In this document: piece by piece, positions 1 through 12,440 of the stretch
How the letters are laid out: each line of letters starts with the position of its first letter
Position numbering within the stretch: the stretch's first letter is position 1
Source: Gordius albopunctatus
Taxonomy: Eukaryota
Direction of reading: 5' to 3'
Length of the DNA stretch: 64,000 bases
Assembly: GCA_964276515.1 (NCBI GenBank)
Contig: OZ193909.1
Span: 17,050,001 to 17,114,000 of the forward strand
Translations under genes and position numbers: made by a program
Notes under the pieces: generated by a model
Databases searched by the model: none
The model's input: the letters and a program-made list of their open reading frames with translations, nothing else
Told to the model about the DNA's origin: nothing

Positions 1-1181
1 AGGCAGAGATGGATATCTCCATTCGGGAAGATAATGAAACGGAAAAGTTTGAAGATTTCAGCAAAGTTGATTCTTATATTAAATTAAATCTAGAAGTGGA
101 GGATGCTCAGCTAAATTTAAATTATGGTGGAAAGAACACAAACTTATGCTACCAAACTTAACCCTCGAGAGTATTCCTCAAAATCCCGAACGCGAGAGTA
201 TTCGTGGGGTATAACTCTACCCCACTTCTTAACTTCTTATAACTTTTAAAGTATTCCTTTAAAACCTTTAAAGTTTTATAGATATGTTTATAAAGGTGTT
301 AAGATTGATGGAATAAATTTTTATATGAATCTAATCGACATTACAAAACTTATTAACGATTTTCTGGACCCCCCATTTTTGGGGGTTATTTTAGAGCTTC
401 CCCTCATTTTACCTCTTGACATCATATACCTTAAAATAAATCAAAATAAACGTGATTTTTTATTAAAAGAATGTTCAAAATGTATTAAAAACACAAATTA
501 TAAAAGATATCATCAAACAAAAAAAAAACACCACATACATTTTCTCCAACAGAAAAAAATTTACGCGAGAGCATTCGTGGGGTATAATCATACCCCACGA
601 GGCAAAAAACTTCTATATTTTAAAAAGTATTAAGCCAAAACCTATGAAATTTTCACCTAACCTAGTTCTTGATAAAATATTAAGCTACTGAAAAGACAAA
701 ATTCATTAGACTTAAATTGCGTTTTATATTTTAATTTATAATTTGCGTGGGGTATAGAAATACCCCCACGAATACTCTCGAGGGTTAACAAAATTCGCTA
801 TTCAGTTTTTGTCAATTCCAGCGACCAGTGCTTAAAATGAACGCACATTCAGTAAGACAAGTCGCCTTAAAGAACAGATAAGAACGAAATAATTTAATGA
901 TAGAATTGATAGTCTTTTATTTTTAAATAACAATATTAAAATATAATTTTTGATTAAAACTGATTTTATATGCTCTAGCTAAGTTATTTTTTGAACAATA
1001 CAAAATAGTTTTTTTATACAAATAAATAATGTTGAAGCAACCTAGACTTGTTTTTATTCGTGCGGGCCTGATGGGGCGCAATTTTTGCCTTTTTTTGCGG
1101 GCCGGGTGCGGGCCAAAAAAATTATATTTGTGCGGGTATGGGCCGGCCGGAACCTAAATTTTCGGCCCATGCAGACATCTA
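1..1181 (+). mobile_element. Same defective hAT element, right part (cut by window edge)
   Basis: Right TIR ends at 1181 and is followed by ATAAATAT. Confidence 0.8.
162..784. mobile_element. piggyBac-type MITE (TTAA TSD)
   Basis: TTAA-CCCTCGAGAGTATTC ... GAATACTCTCGAGGG-TTAA; internal CGTGGGGTA..TACCCCAC palindromes. Confidence 0.85.
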
Positions 1182-1774
1182 ATAAATATATAAGGAGATA
1201 TGGAAGGATAACGCGAAACCAAAGTTACTCTCGAAAGTTTTTAAATTGTAGCAAGGATTAAAGATATCAATGGATGTATTTAATAGATTTGTCATAAGAA
1301 GTATGGATAGAGTTGTTAAATAAATGAGTTCTAAGCCAATAAATTTTTAAAAAACACCTTTCATTTAATCTTTAAGTTTTCACTTTCGTAAATTAACGCC
1401 TAATCATCAATTAAGTGTAATAACTGGTCTCAGCAAGGGTTATTTTAAAGATTCAATCAATGTGTAATTAAACTAAGTATACTATTAACATTCACGTTGA
1501 TGAGGATATTGTTGTTGATTCGCAAAATAAATGTCACAACGTATTCTCTATTTTCTATTTGACAAATAACGCTAGGAACTTTTTAAATTTTACGATTACA
1601 ACCATTTTTGCTTTTTATAAAGCACCTTATTTGTTAGAAAATGTTATAAATCAACAATACCGTTCCAACACTGGCTATTATAGTAAAGCAATTCAAACAA
1701 AAAAGAGCTAAAGGCCCACGAATTTAAGCGTGTAACAACCTAATGAGCAATTATTAGGTGTTTCTTTATAAGCA

Positions 1775-3880
1775 ACTAGCTGTGCCCGGCCAAGTGTTGC
1801 TTTGGCTCAGTCCTTAAGTGGTTAAATAAGTATAACCTATTAATAAGACTTATCTAAAATGGGGTCATATATGAAATAATAATTCAAATAAATAAAATAT
1901 CCATAATATTTATTTAGAGCACGAATTTTATCACGTCATGCATTTTATGAGCCCACTATTTTTAGTATACATATAATAAGACAAACCAAATGCGAATTCT
2001 GTTTTAGTCATCAAATCCGACTAAAATTAAATGTTTTTGAAAAAATTGCTGATTAATGCTGTTACTTATACAATAATACCATTATTTTATTTTTCTAGTT
2101 AGCTGATTTATTTGAAATACAATTTTCTTTAATATAATAAAATAATTAATTGAATGATGGATAATTATTAAAAATATGCTTCTATGATTTTTTTTTGTTA
2201 AAAAGTTTATTTTCAAGAAACAAAGTTACATTAATAAGCGAAATACAAAAATAAAGACATATTGGTTAAATACAAAGATCTATATAATTCTCTTCTAAAA
2301 TGGGCCATGAGTCGGCAAAGGATTTAAAGTTGTATCGTGCAACAAGAATCCCTAGTTGTTGCCTGAGTAAAAAGGACGCAGAAATTTTAGATTTCGGAGT
2401 GCGTTTTCCGATTTATTTTAAAAACCCCATTGCCTGTTTGCCAAAAGAACCGGAGCAGGTGGCAACGACAGGGATAAAAAAATTGGATGCCAAAAGGGCT
2501 GAATACTTTGTAGTTTTACGCCCTTCTTCTGTAGCGATAGGGTCGTAATTAAAATGGGAAGGGCAAAAAGGTCAATACGAGTAAAATCCCATTTGAGGGA
2601 TAGGCCATTTTGCCAGGGGACTAGAGAAGAGCCGTCAGGGCGCATCCTACCTTCAAGGGAGGGATCGGACGGCTCAATGAGGGGATTTTGACCTTTTTAA
2701 GGGCAGCTTGAATTAATAAATTAGCTTTAGTATGCCTAACGTATTTATATTTGTTTGCTAGGCAGTGTAGAGGGTGCCTAGCATATTCGTCTACAACGGT
2801 AAGGCAGTTTTGACAGTTGAATTCTCTGCTGTAACTAATCCCCAACCTTAAAGCTATGGAATATGATAGCTCAAAGTCTTCAAGCAGCATTCCCAAAAGT
2901 TTGCTGGGATAGGCTTCAAGCCACTCGTGACTGGAACCGTCAAAAGCGAGGGACCTAAGGTTGTAATGCTGGCTATCATCGCTGCTCGATAAAAGGTAAT
3001 CAACGGAGCGTGATACTAGTCCAGAATCCCAATCCTTTTGTCTCGTACTTTGAGGTTGGATGGTCTCGGGTGTGACATTCAAATTCCAAAGCTCCAAGGC
3101 TTGAGTTAGCAGGGGGTCGGAATCATGTTTTATGAGATTAAAAATTAAGTTTTGGACCGACTTAAAAGAGGAAATAAAATCGGCTAGCGATATGCTGCCG
3201 GGAGGGCGAATTCCTAATCCTCCAGATTTGGTTGAGAGGGATGCTTGAATCCAATTGTTAGTATTAAATTTAAAATTTAAAATTTTTTCTAATAACGTTT
3301 TTAAAAAGCCTTCGTACGACTTTAAAACGTCTGGGTGAAAAAATGCGCCAGATGAGCGAAAACAATGATTAATCTTTGAGATGTTAAAATAGTTTTTGAT
3401 TGATAATAATTTAAATATTATTTATTTAATTTAAATAGTTTGTTAAACCCCAATAATTTTGACCGTATACTGTAACATTTTTATTATACTTTTAAATATC
3501 TAATTCGAGAAAACTTCAGCCTTGTATGTATGACGTCATTATTGTATATGCTGCTATAAATTAAACTGACCGGGAAATGTCCGATATCTTTAAAACGAAA
3601 AGGTATTTTAGGAATCTGAAAAAGCTATTTTACCCCTGGCCGTCCTGGGCATCTACGGCTATACTTTCGCGCGAATCGGGCCGGTAGTTTTAGAATTAAG
3701 CTATTTTTTAAAACTAAAAGGCCCATATTTTTAAAACTAAAAGGAATTTTAGGATTCTGAAAAAGCTATTTTACCCCTGGCCGCCCTGGGCATCTACGGT
3801 TAAATTTTCGCTCGAATCGAGTCGGTAGTTTCAGAATTTAGCCCTTACATACATACACACACATATATATATATATATTA
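1775..3880 (+). mobile_element. Probable non-autonomous Helitron-like element interrupted by the RLE retrotransposon (also 57058-59170)
   Basis: Begins ACTAGCTGTGCCCGGC, has two ~141-bp direct repeats at ~3589-3845 and ends in a CATA/CA/TA microsatellite. The layout recalls Lep1/DINE-type elements; classification is inference. Confidence 0.4.
2188..3400 (-). mobile_element. 5'-truncated non-LTR retrotransposon of RLE (CRE/NeSL-like) type
   Basis: Minus-strand CCHC knuckle (CQNC...HPLHC) followed by an RPDG...PW...WDFT restriction-like endonuclease motif; AATAAA and an A-tail at the 3' end; frameshifted. Confidence 0.75.
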
Positions 3881-4962
3881 TGAGGTGTTTCTTTGTAAGT
3901 AATTATAAATGTTTCTTTCAACGTATAAACATCATGTATCCTGAATCCTGATAATTATGATGTTTGGTACGTGACAAGAGAGGTGCAATAGAAAGTGATG
4001 ACGAAAAGAAAAATATTAAATTAAATGACAAACTCCTGTTTAGTCATTAATTGGTTATTTTTTTACATTATAAAATTTATAATGAAGCGGATAGTTTTGC
4101 AAACCTAAATGATAAACAGGAGCATAAACCTTAAACGAGAGAATGTTAAGGTAACAGTAATCATTGTTATAACATATTAAAATATTCTTAATAAGAAACA
4201 TAAGAATTTTAGTTAAAGAACTAGCAAAGTTATGCATGAAGTTTATGCCTAGACATAGTATTTAGAACAGCAAATTTTTCATTTGTCTTAAATTAAGTCT
4301 AACTAATAGATAAAATGCTAGATCGTTAAGTGTTTTTGGCTTATTATTTTATTAGCACATATTGTCCTTATGGTTCTATTAATTGATGTCATCATATATT
4401 TAGCTTAACTTAGGCCCTGAACTAATGATTTTATTTTAAAAAATCGAAAGATCGATTACACAAAGAAGCCTCAGTTAGGAAAACAAATAATACGTTGTAG
4501 GGAAACAATGAGATAAACACATTTTCAAAATAAAGATAGATTTAAAAGAACTCTAATAGATTAAAAACATTGCGTATAAAAAATGATCTGTAAGTATTAG
4601 ATGGTGTTGAGATTGATATAATTAGAGAGAATGATCCACTTCCACATGAATCAAAAATACTCAACACATGCTTTTTTGCCATTTATAAATGATATTATTA
4701 TATGCACGAAGCTTTTATTTAATCGTTGCTGCTAAGCAATGGTCATCATTAAATCTTTCATCAATGCTAATTAGTCCGGGTGTGGTGTAAATAAATTTAC
4801 ACAGGTTTTTACAAAATTTCTATTTTAATCTTATAATCACCAATTATTGATTTTCCTAATTTCACGAGACTATTGCAAAAAATATCAATTAGATATTCTT
4901 TCATTTTAGCAGAAATAGTTGATTTAGTCATTAAAATAGAAATCTGTTATAAATGGATCGAT

Positions 4963-6032
4963 TAGAGTTGTTAAATTGCTAACTTTAGCAATGCTAACTA
5001 TGTGCTATGCTCGAGCACGAACAGTAGCTGGGTAATATGCTAGTTTAACACAATGAGTGCTAACTGTTCGGAGCAATAGTTTTAACAGTAGCACGTAAAA
5101 ATGCTCGAGAGGTTAGTCGAAGCAGCAGGCAAATCTGTTAAAGCATTTAGCAGGAGCTTGAGCCGTAAATTCGAGCAGATAGTAGATTGAATTGCTATTT
5201 GTTAAAATTTAGTAACTTACAATATTCGCTCATCATATTATATATCATAAAAAAATTAAGAACTTTGCCCCCCGCCCCTCATTTTTACCCTCTTTCTCAC
5301 CAGAGGGGAGGGGTGGGTTTTGCCCCCCCCCCCCTTATTTTTTACCCCTTTCTCACCAAAGGGGAGGAGAGAGGGGTTTTTATCCCATCCTTATTTTTTA
5401 CTCTTTATCTTACCAGGGGGCACCATTGAGGGCAAAACACCCCTCCCACCCTGGTGAGAAAGAGGGTAAAAAAAATAGGGGGGGACAATCTCCCCTCTGG
5501 TGAGAAAGGGGGTAAAAAAACGGAGGGCAAAACACCCCCCCCCCTCCCCCCTAGTGAGAAAGAGGGTAAAAAATAGGGCAAAACACCTCCCCCCCTCCCC
5601 CCCTAGTGAGAAAGAGGGTAAAAAATAGGCCCCCCCCCCCAATCTCCCCCCCCCCCGGTAAGAAAGAGGATAAATAATAGGGGGGACAAAACACCCCCCC
5701 CCCTTCCCCCTAGTGAGAAGGAGGGTAAAAATGAGGGGCGGGGGGGGGGGCAAAGTTCTTAATTTTTTTATGATATATAATATGATGAGCGAATATTGTA
5801 AGTTACTAAATTTTAACAAATAGCAATTCAATCTAATATCTGCTCGATCTCCTGCTAAATTTTTTAACAGAATTGGCTGCTGCTTCGACTAACATCTCGA
5901 GCATTTTTGCGTGCTACTGTTAAAACTATTGCACCGAACAGTTAGCACTCATTGTGTTAAACTAGCATATTACCCAGCTACTGTTCGTGCTAGCGTTTTT
6001 AGTTGAAGCTACTTACCAATTTAACAACTATA
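4963..6032. mobile_element. Foldback-like MITE with ~330-bp inverted arms and GC-rich internal minisatellite
   Basis: TAGAGTTGTTAAATTG ... CAATTTAACAACTATA; perfect 8-bp TSD GGATCGAT; internal ~40-bp units (TTTTTACCCTCTTTCTCACCAG...GGGG) in opposing orientation. Confidence 0.88.
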
Positions 6033-6207
6033 GGATCGATATATATTTTTGCTATTATGAACTCCTAAATCTCTCCTTTTAAACTGACAGAAGACTTCAT
6101 AATTGTTTCGCCTAATTAAAAGCACCCTGTTGTGAGGTGTTTCGACTAGCGTCCTACTTAACTCGAAAGGTTATCTTTAATTTTCACAGTTTCTAATAAC
6201 TGAAACT

Positions 6208-7503
6208 ATGTTGGCGAAAAATTATAACTGCACACCGTACAATTCCATCAACTTATTTGATCGCAATATTGTGAATGCGATTAATATAGCATTCGGATAT
6301 ATTTTATTCATGCTTGGAATTATCGGTAACAGTCTCGGTATTTACATGGATTCGAATCATAAAAATTGGCATAGAAATTCCAACCCTACACTTCAATCTA
6401 CATCGGCTTCGCATTACCCTAATGGGGATGAACGAATCAGAAGGGTGGTAAACACTCAGTTCAGTGCCAATCATTATTTGCTCAAGTGGTTTTTTTCTGT
6501 TAATTTACTAAACTCAATCCTACTTATTTTGTCACCCATACTCAAGTTGCAAGGTGCATGGAGTTTCACCCTAGCATGGGAAAGTAAAGGATGGATCATG
6601 TATGTGGCAAAGTTCCATTATCCCATTACTAAACCGATTATTGCTTTCGGATTTTTCATATATATTTTATTTTTCGGATGTCAGGCAATCGCTATACTTC
6701 TACCCTTTAAATTTAAAAGTGTTGTGACAAAGTCTAACATCAATGCATTACTTGTGATATGTTTCGTCTACCTAGTTCTCTGGAATATCCCAATTTCTAA
6801 ATGGTTCTACACTTATAGGGTGTTGGTATGTCCTCAGGAAGAATTTAAACAGCAAGCTAATGATACTGGTTATTACATATATGCATATGACTGGGTAGAA
6901 CGAAGTTTTCATCACGATCACTCTATAAATACCATATTATGGCATTGCTATCAAATATTACGCGAACTATTTATTAGTATAATACCCTTTGTAGGAGTCA
7001 TAGTGATTAAAGTGTTAATATTAAAGCGCAGAGCTAGGTTATCTTCTACTATAAACCCCAAAACTCAAAGTGCCAACACCGGCCTAACACCACAGGTTGT
7101 AAATGTCTCTGCACCCAATCATATAAATCTTCATAATATTCATGAAAATGCCACCTTATCTAGCCCAATGACCCAAAGGCTTAATCTTCGGATAAAAAAG
7201 CACCAAGCCGAAAATCAGCAACACATGAGAACAATGATGGTCTTAACAATTGAATTTATCTTTTTAATGCTCCCAGTTTCCCTGACCCAGATGTGCATTG
7301 ACTTCCTAAGGTCTAAGTACAGCCGTCAAAGCCTTTCAACATTTTACATCTTTGTCACCATGCTGCAATTCGTGTACGTTAGCTGTACATTTTTTATCAA
7401 CTACATTTTCAATCCATCGTATAGGGAGTTGGTTAATGATCAAATTTCGCGAGATGCTAATTATTTTGTAAAAAAATATTGGCATATGGCTAGCAATGCC
7501 TAA
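6208..7503 (+). CDS. Intronless 7-TM rhodopsin-like (class A) orphan GPCR, copy 1, 431 aa
   Basis: Long open frame in AT-rich DNA with about seven hydrophobic segments; TM1 GIIGN; TM6 F..LMLP; TM7/helix 8 FFINYIFNPSYRE; long third intracellular loop. The DRY motif is degenerate (CQAIAILLPF). Confidence 0.82.
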   Translation: MLAKNYNCTPYNSINLFDRNIVNAINIAFGYILFMLGIIGNSLGIYMDSNHKNWHRNSNPTLQSTSASHYPNGDERIRRVVNTQFSANHYLLKWFFSVNLLNSILLILSPILKLQGAWSFTLAWESKGWIMYVAKFHYPITKPIIAFGFFIYILFFGCQAIAILLPFKFKSVVTKSNINALLVICFVYLVLWNIPISKWFYTYRVLVCPQEEFKQQANDTGYYIYAYDWVERSFHHDHSINTILWHCYQILRELFISIIPFVGVIVIKVLILKRRARLSSTINPKTQSANTGLTPQVVNVSAPNHINLHNIHENATLSSPMTQRLNLRIKKHQAENQQHMRTMMVLTIEFIFLMLPVSLTQMCIDFLRSKYSRQSLSTFYIFVTMLQFVYVSCTFFINYIFNPSYRELVNDQISRDANYFVKKYWHMASNA

Positions 7504-8379
7504 TGTAAGACTCTAGAATGTGTGTAAAGTCGTAAATGTGGTTTTTAATTCATCATTTTTGTATATAGCGGATATCGTAATCGTGAAGAGGTATAACTAA
7601 TTGCTCTCACCATCAACTTGTGTCTATTTAAGTTTTAATAATATTTTAAATGTATAAACTAATAATGCAATATACAGGCGAACAGCTGATAATTATTAAG
7701 TAAATCTGTAGGCCGCCGCCATTTTTAAGGCCTATATATTAACAAACTAAACGCTATTATTTTGTTTAATAATTAAATTTTAAACTTATATATGGAAAAT
7801 TATTCCTTTCTCATTATGCTTTCTTTCAAATTTTTCCAAATTATCATTGCACAGGGACGCATTTTCCAACAATATACCCAAAATGGTGGCCTAAGTTGCC
7901 TATTGAATGCAAAAACAGCTATGTTTAATCAAACCATTTCATGTTTTGGTGAGAAAATCCAAATTATAAAATTCCTTGTTATAGATTATAGAAAGGAAAA
8001 GAATAAAATAATCATGGTTTTCAGGTGGAAATGCTCTGCCTTCATCAAAATATATAAATATGGCTAAATTTGCGAATCGACCTATTTGGCTAGCAAACAG
8101 TCGTACTTAAGTTCCCTCACAATTAGGAATTTTTTATGTGCTTTAAATCTTTTAAGTAATTTTTATTCTTGTATAATTCAGAGCTTAGGTCTGACTTGAA
8201 ACAAACATAGCTATAGATTACTTTAAAAGTTAGTAAACTTTAACTATAATAGATTCTTTTCTCTTAATGATGGCTGTTACAATGAATTATAAATCATAAG
8301 TCGTTTTTGTTGGTGTCATACAAGTTGGGTTATCAGCACAAATGATTTTAACAAAAAAAACTTCCACTAGTTTATTATC

Positions 8380-8820
8380 ACGAAGGCCCAGCTATTGGCC
8401 AAAGATTTGAAATTGTATTTCTCAATAAGAATGCCAAGTTTTTGTTTAAATAAAAAGTTAGGAGCATACATGGAAATTGGGCAACGTTTGCCGATTTCTT
8501 TAAAAAGTTAATTGCTAATGGGAGTGAAAATGATGGCTGGAAGGTGAACCTGGTATTGGCCGTCTTAGGGTTCTCTACAAGAGTTAGAGCATTAAAATTT
8601 AGGTTAGAGGGGGCGAAAATGTCTATACAGGTGAATTCCCATTAAAGGGTAAACCAATTTGCCAGGTGAGAGTTAAGCCTTTAGGCCGCATTCTTGCTTT
8701 CAAAGACGGGTCAAAAGGCTCTAGGACCGATGAACGCTAGTTTTTTTAAGGGCAGCCTGAATCGGTAAATGAAATCTCGTTTGCCTTATATATTTAAAAA
8801 TTTTAAGGAAGTGTAGGATG
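8380..8820 (-). mobile_element. Second, more diverged RLE-type retrotransposon 3' fragment (also 63661-64000)
   Basis: Nucleotide similarity to 2310-2760 (GCCAAAGATTTGAAATTGTAT, GTGAATTCCCAT, TTTTTAAGGGCAGC). Confidence 0.6.
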
Positions 8821-9136
8821 TTATAGTAATACCTAATTAGAATATTGGTACCTTTATGATTTAAATATCACTCTATTCACACCACTCATTTTGATTTGAA
8901 TACTGAAATAACCCGATGCGACAATCTTTTATTAGTGCTAGTAATAGTATCAACAATATTGGACGAATGTGTGTTATAATCCCGATAAACAAAATATTGA
9001 ACAGGTAATAATGAAATATAAGTTGGACGAAGGCCGTGAGTAATTATCCGTGAACTTAATCGACTATAAATGGTGACGTCTACGAGTTGGTGGAGGTATT
9101 GGATCAAGGGACTTCTTTTTCTCGGTTGATAATCGC

Positions 9137-10780
9137 TGTTACTACACAGAGAGAATAAAACAATATATGATTAAAAAACAGTGTACAATCCAGCCTTTTA
9201 TCACAGTCGATGCGGCTCTCAATTTGAATGAGAGCTGCCGACCGTTCGACGTCTGCTTCTAACTACTGCACATCTATTCACATAACCAACCTACATTACC
9301 ATTTATTCACACGCTAATTATTCACCCCATTAGCGGGCAAGATACAAAACGCTATCTCATTAGCATAGGCGCGTGAATGTCAAGTGATTTAACTACTTAA
9401 CCACGGCTACAACAATAACTAAGCTCATTCGAACAGGCCTAAAAAACTAGCAACCACAACACCTTCCCCTTTTACCTTCTCCGGCACCTCCTAATTATGG
9501 CCCAGGGACAGTTGTCGTAGTGCCTCCTCCGCACTCAGCGACGCCTCCCTCGCCCTCGGCGTTACCTCAGGAGTAGCCTGAGGCACGTCACCTACTTGTG
9601 CCGTGACTGTGCTCCTACCCGGACACATAGGCATCACGTGCCAACAACGGCACCCATTACACCTCCTACGGGGTCTGCCCACAGGTTTCCCATGTTGCGG
9701 ACCCACATTCGGACTAGGTACACCCGGCATAATCGACGGTGGTGGTTCGAACACCGCCACTATCCTAGGGAGCCCATCCACCCCGATTATCACTGTCAAG
9801 TGGATAGGGCCTGGAGGGCGAATGACTGCAGTTCTTCTCACCACCACCTCAACCGAGCACCAGGATAACTGTAATCGCATCTAAATATAAAAATATTAAT
9901 TAGACATCGTGCATCAATAATTGCTCCAAATGTCTTACTTCCTCTATCTGATTCTCTAAAAGTCTTACTTTATAAATCTTATGACCAATATGATCAATAA
10001 CCCGCGCCAAAACCCACATGGGTTCACCTGCATAGTTACGTGACCACACTAGCTGATCTATCTTAAAGCGAGGGGTAGTTGCTAAAGTATTATTACCCTT
10101 ATCCGATTCCCATAAAAAATCAGGCGGATATCTTAATTTACGTTTAAGAAACTCATTGCCTACTGGTAAACGATCTGGATACCTGGGAGACATGTTGTGA
10201 TATAATCCATAGAGCCAAGTACCGTCCTTACCAGACTGCGACAACCTAATCCTTTTTAACTATACCAACATATCTCTCAACTTGTCCATTAGAACTTGAA
10301 TGATATGGTGGTGTTAATACATGTCTTATTTTCCACTGTTCACAAAATTTATTAAAATCGGCGCTAGTAAAAGCTTTGCCATTATCGGTTACTACGCACC
10401 TTGGAAAACCATACGAACTAATTAAATCCTTTAAAAAATTAATTGTTACCAGGGTAGACATATTAAAAACCTTTCTAAATTCAGTCCAATTCGAAAAAGC
10501 ATCTACCATTAAAAAATAGCGTTTTTTTATCAAGTTCGAAAAAATCAATGTGTATGCGATCCCAAGCTTCATTAGGACGTGTCCATCTCCCCGCTTTGTC
10601 TCTGCGAGGCATGGCTGTCTTTGCCTTGCACCATTCACATTGTCGAACCTGTCTTTCAATACCTTTCGTCATTTTAGGCCACCAGACATACCTTCTAGCT
10701 ATGTCTTTCATCTTTGTAATACCTGCATGCCCTTCGTGAAGTACCTTTAAAACATCCTCACGTAGCTCGGTAGGTATGAC
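9137..10780 (-). mobile_element. Ty3/Gypsy LTR retrotransposon 3' fragment (frameshifted integrase, PPT and probable 3' LTR 9137-9461)
   Basis: HEGHAG..KMKDIARRYVWWP...CEWC zinc finger; RIHIDF, VVTDNG and HSSSNGQVER integrase core; minus-strand PPT AAAAGGGGAAGG directly before TGTTG; putative LTR ends TAACA. Confidence 0.82.
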
Positions 10781-11295
10781 AATGTTTTTGCAACAAATTT
10801 ACACTAACTTTTTTACTATTTTTTTAGAATTGCTTATTCTTTTTACACAATTTTTAATAAGGCAACCCAGCCAAACTTCACAAGATTATACTAAATTCTC
10901 AACTTCAAAAGAGTATAATAATTTTAATGTTTTTGCAACAAATTTACACTAACTTTTTTACTATTTTTTTAGAATTGCTTATTCTTTTTACACAATTTTT
11001 AATAAGGCAACCCAGCCAAACTTCACAAGATTATACTAAATTCTCAACTTCAAAAGAGTATAATAATTTTAATGTTTTTGCAACAAATTTACACTAACTT
11101 TTTTACTATTTTTTTAGAATTGCTTATTCTTTTTACACAATTTTTAATAAGGCAATCCAGCCAAACTTCACAAGATTATACTAAATTCTCAACTTCAAAA
11201 GAGTATAATAATTTTAATGTTTTTGCAACAAATTTACACTAACTTTTTTACTATTTTTTTAGAATTGCTTATTCTTTTTACAGAATTTTTAATAA
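10781..11295 (+). repeat. Tandem repeat, 145-bp unit, about 3.5 near-identical copies
   Basis: AATGTTTTTGCAACAAATTTACAC recurs at 10781, 10926, 11071 and 11216. Confidence 0.95.
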
Positions 11296-11523
11296 AATAT
11301 ATGCTTTAACATTCATTAAACTATTTATACTCAGATTTAAAAAAATATTTTTATTATGTCTTATTAATATTTAAATTTATTTATTATATTTTTAATTTGT
11401 TTTATGATTACTATACATTTAAGATGCTTACTAGAAAGTATGATCTTCATAAAACATTTTGAATTCTTTTTACAGAATTTTATTGCACAAACCACAGCTC
11501 CTATTCCTACTGTTATATTTGAT

Positions 11524-12440
11524 ATGCCCATCGAATTTAAATTAACTCAAAATAAAAACCCAATTTTAGTCTTAGGGGAATATGAATATACCCAAACTAA
11601 AGTTGGCAAAAAATTGCAACTTTATTTTAAGTGCCGAACAAAGAAATGCCAAGGACGAGGCATATACCAAAATGCTGATTTCCATATAACTCAAGAACAC
11701 TCAGATATTCCTCACAAAAGTATATTTATAATAATTTTTTTATCATGGTGTATTTAGTCTATTCCCTAATATTATTATAAAGGGTAAAATTTAATGTTTT
11801 GTTTATATAAGTTTTAGGTTGCTTGTTTCATTTTGGCCAGGCGATCTATCGACACGCTGGGTCTGGCAAAATGAAGACTCTTTATTCATCAAACGCTGAT
11901 TTCAAGCGCAGCGTTCGTCGTCTTTTAGCATTACCATTTGTGAAGAGAGGACACATCCGCGATGTCATGACCCATTGCATGGTCCAGCCCAATGTGCGCG
12001 GCGATAGAGAAATTGAGAATTTTTTTCTGTACATCCACAATACCTGGGTTGGGCTTGAGAGGGACCCTTTGTTCCCCTATGATATGTGGCAACGGCTTGA
12101 TGCAGAGGGGCCCCGTACCAACAACCACCTAGAAGGGTTTCATAATGCTCTTAGAAGTGGGCTTAAACAAACCCACCCTACTATTTATGTGTTTGTTGAT
12201 TTCCTGCAAGACCTGCAAGAAAAGACTAATGTTGATTTACTACACATCTCTCAGGGCAAGAGAGTTTATGAAACAAATAAAAAATACGCTTCTATAAATT
12301 ATCATATAAATCGTCTTATAGCACAATATACAAATATATCTAACCCTATGCCCCTATTTCCATATGTTGATGCCATCTCTAATTATATGCACTTACAAGG
12401 TCACGATACCCCGTTATATGATGAAATTGATTTACAATAA
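11524..12440 (+). mobile_element. Mutator-like (MULE) transposase derivative: FLYWCH zinc finger plus C-terminal half of the DDE domain
   Basis: LVLGEYEY...YFKCRTKKCQGRG...EHSDIPH; CLFHFGQAIYR (CxxH) and RTNNHLEGFHNAL; candidate intron 11720-11817; probable right TIR near 12600-12745. Confidence 0.8.

Larger units (their letters stand above)
1..8720 (+). repeat. Segmental duplication block C, copy 1 (GPCR block; match runs to both window edges)
   Basis: Colinear with 55284-64000 at an offset of ~55.28 kb. Confidence 0.95.

Noticed and set aside
325..633. 102-121 aa ORFs at 325, 29893 and 55608
   Set aside because: They lie inside a non-coding MITE, and their frame changes with the length of an A-run
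5187..5831. Opposing ORFs with identical N-termini
   Set aside because: A by-product of the palindromic foldback arms and minisatellite
7792..8067. 91-aa ORF downstream of the GPCR
   Set aside because: No recognisable motif; identity between copies only reflects the recent duplication
9491..9884. Several overlapping ORFs in GC-rich sequence
   Set aside because: Low-complexity tail of the Gypsy element between integrase and PPT; no independent gene evidence
10781..11295. Possible CRISPR-like array
   Set aside because: The units are fully repeated with no unique spacers, there are no cas genes, and the context is eukaryotic
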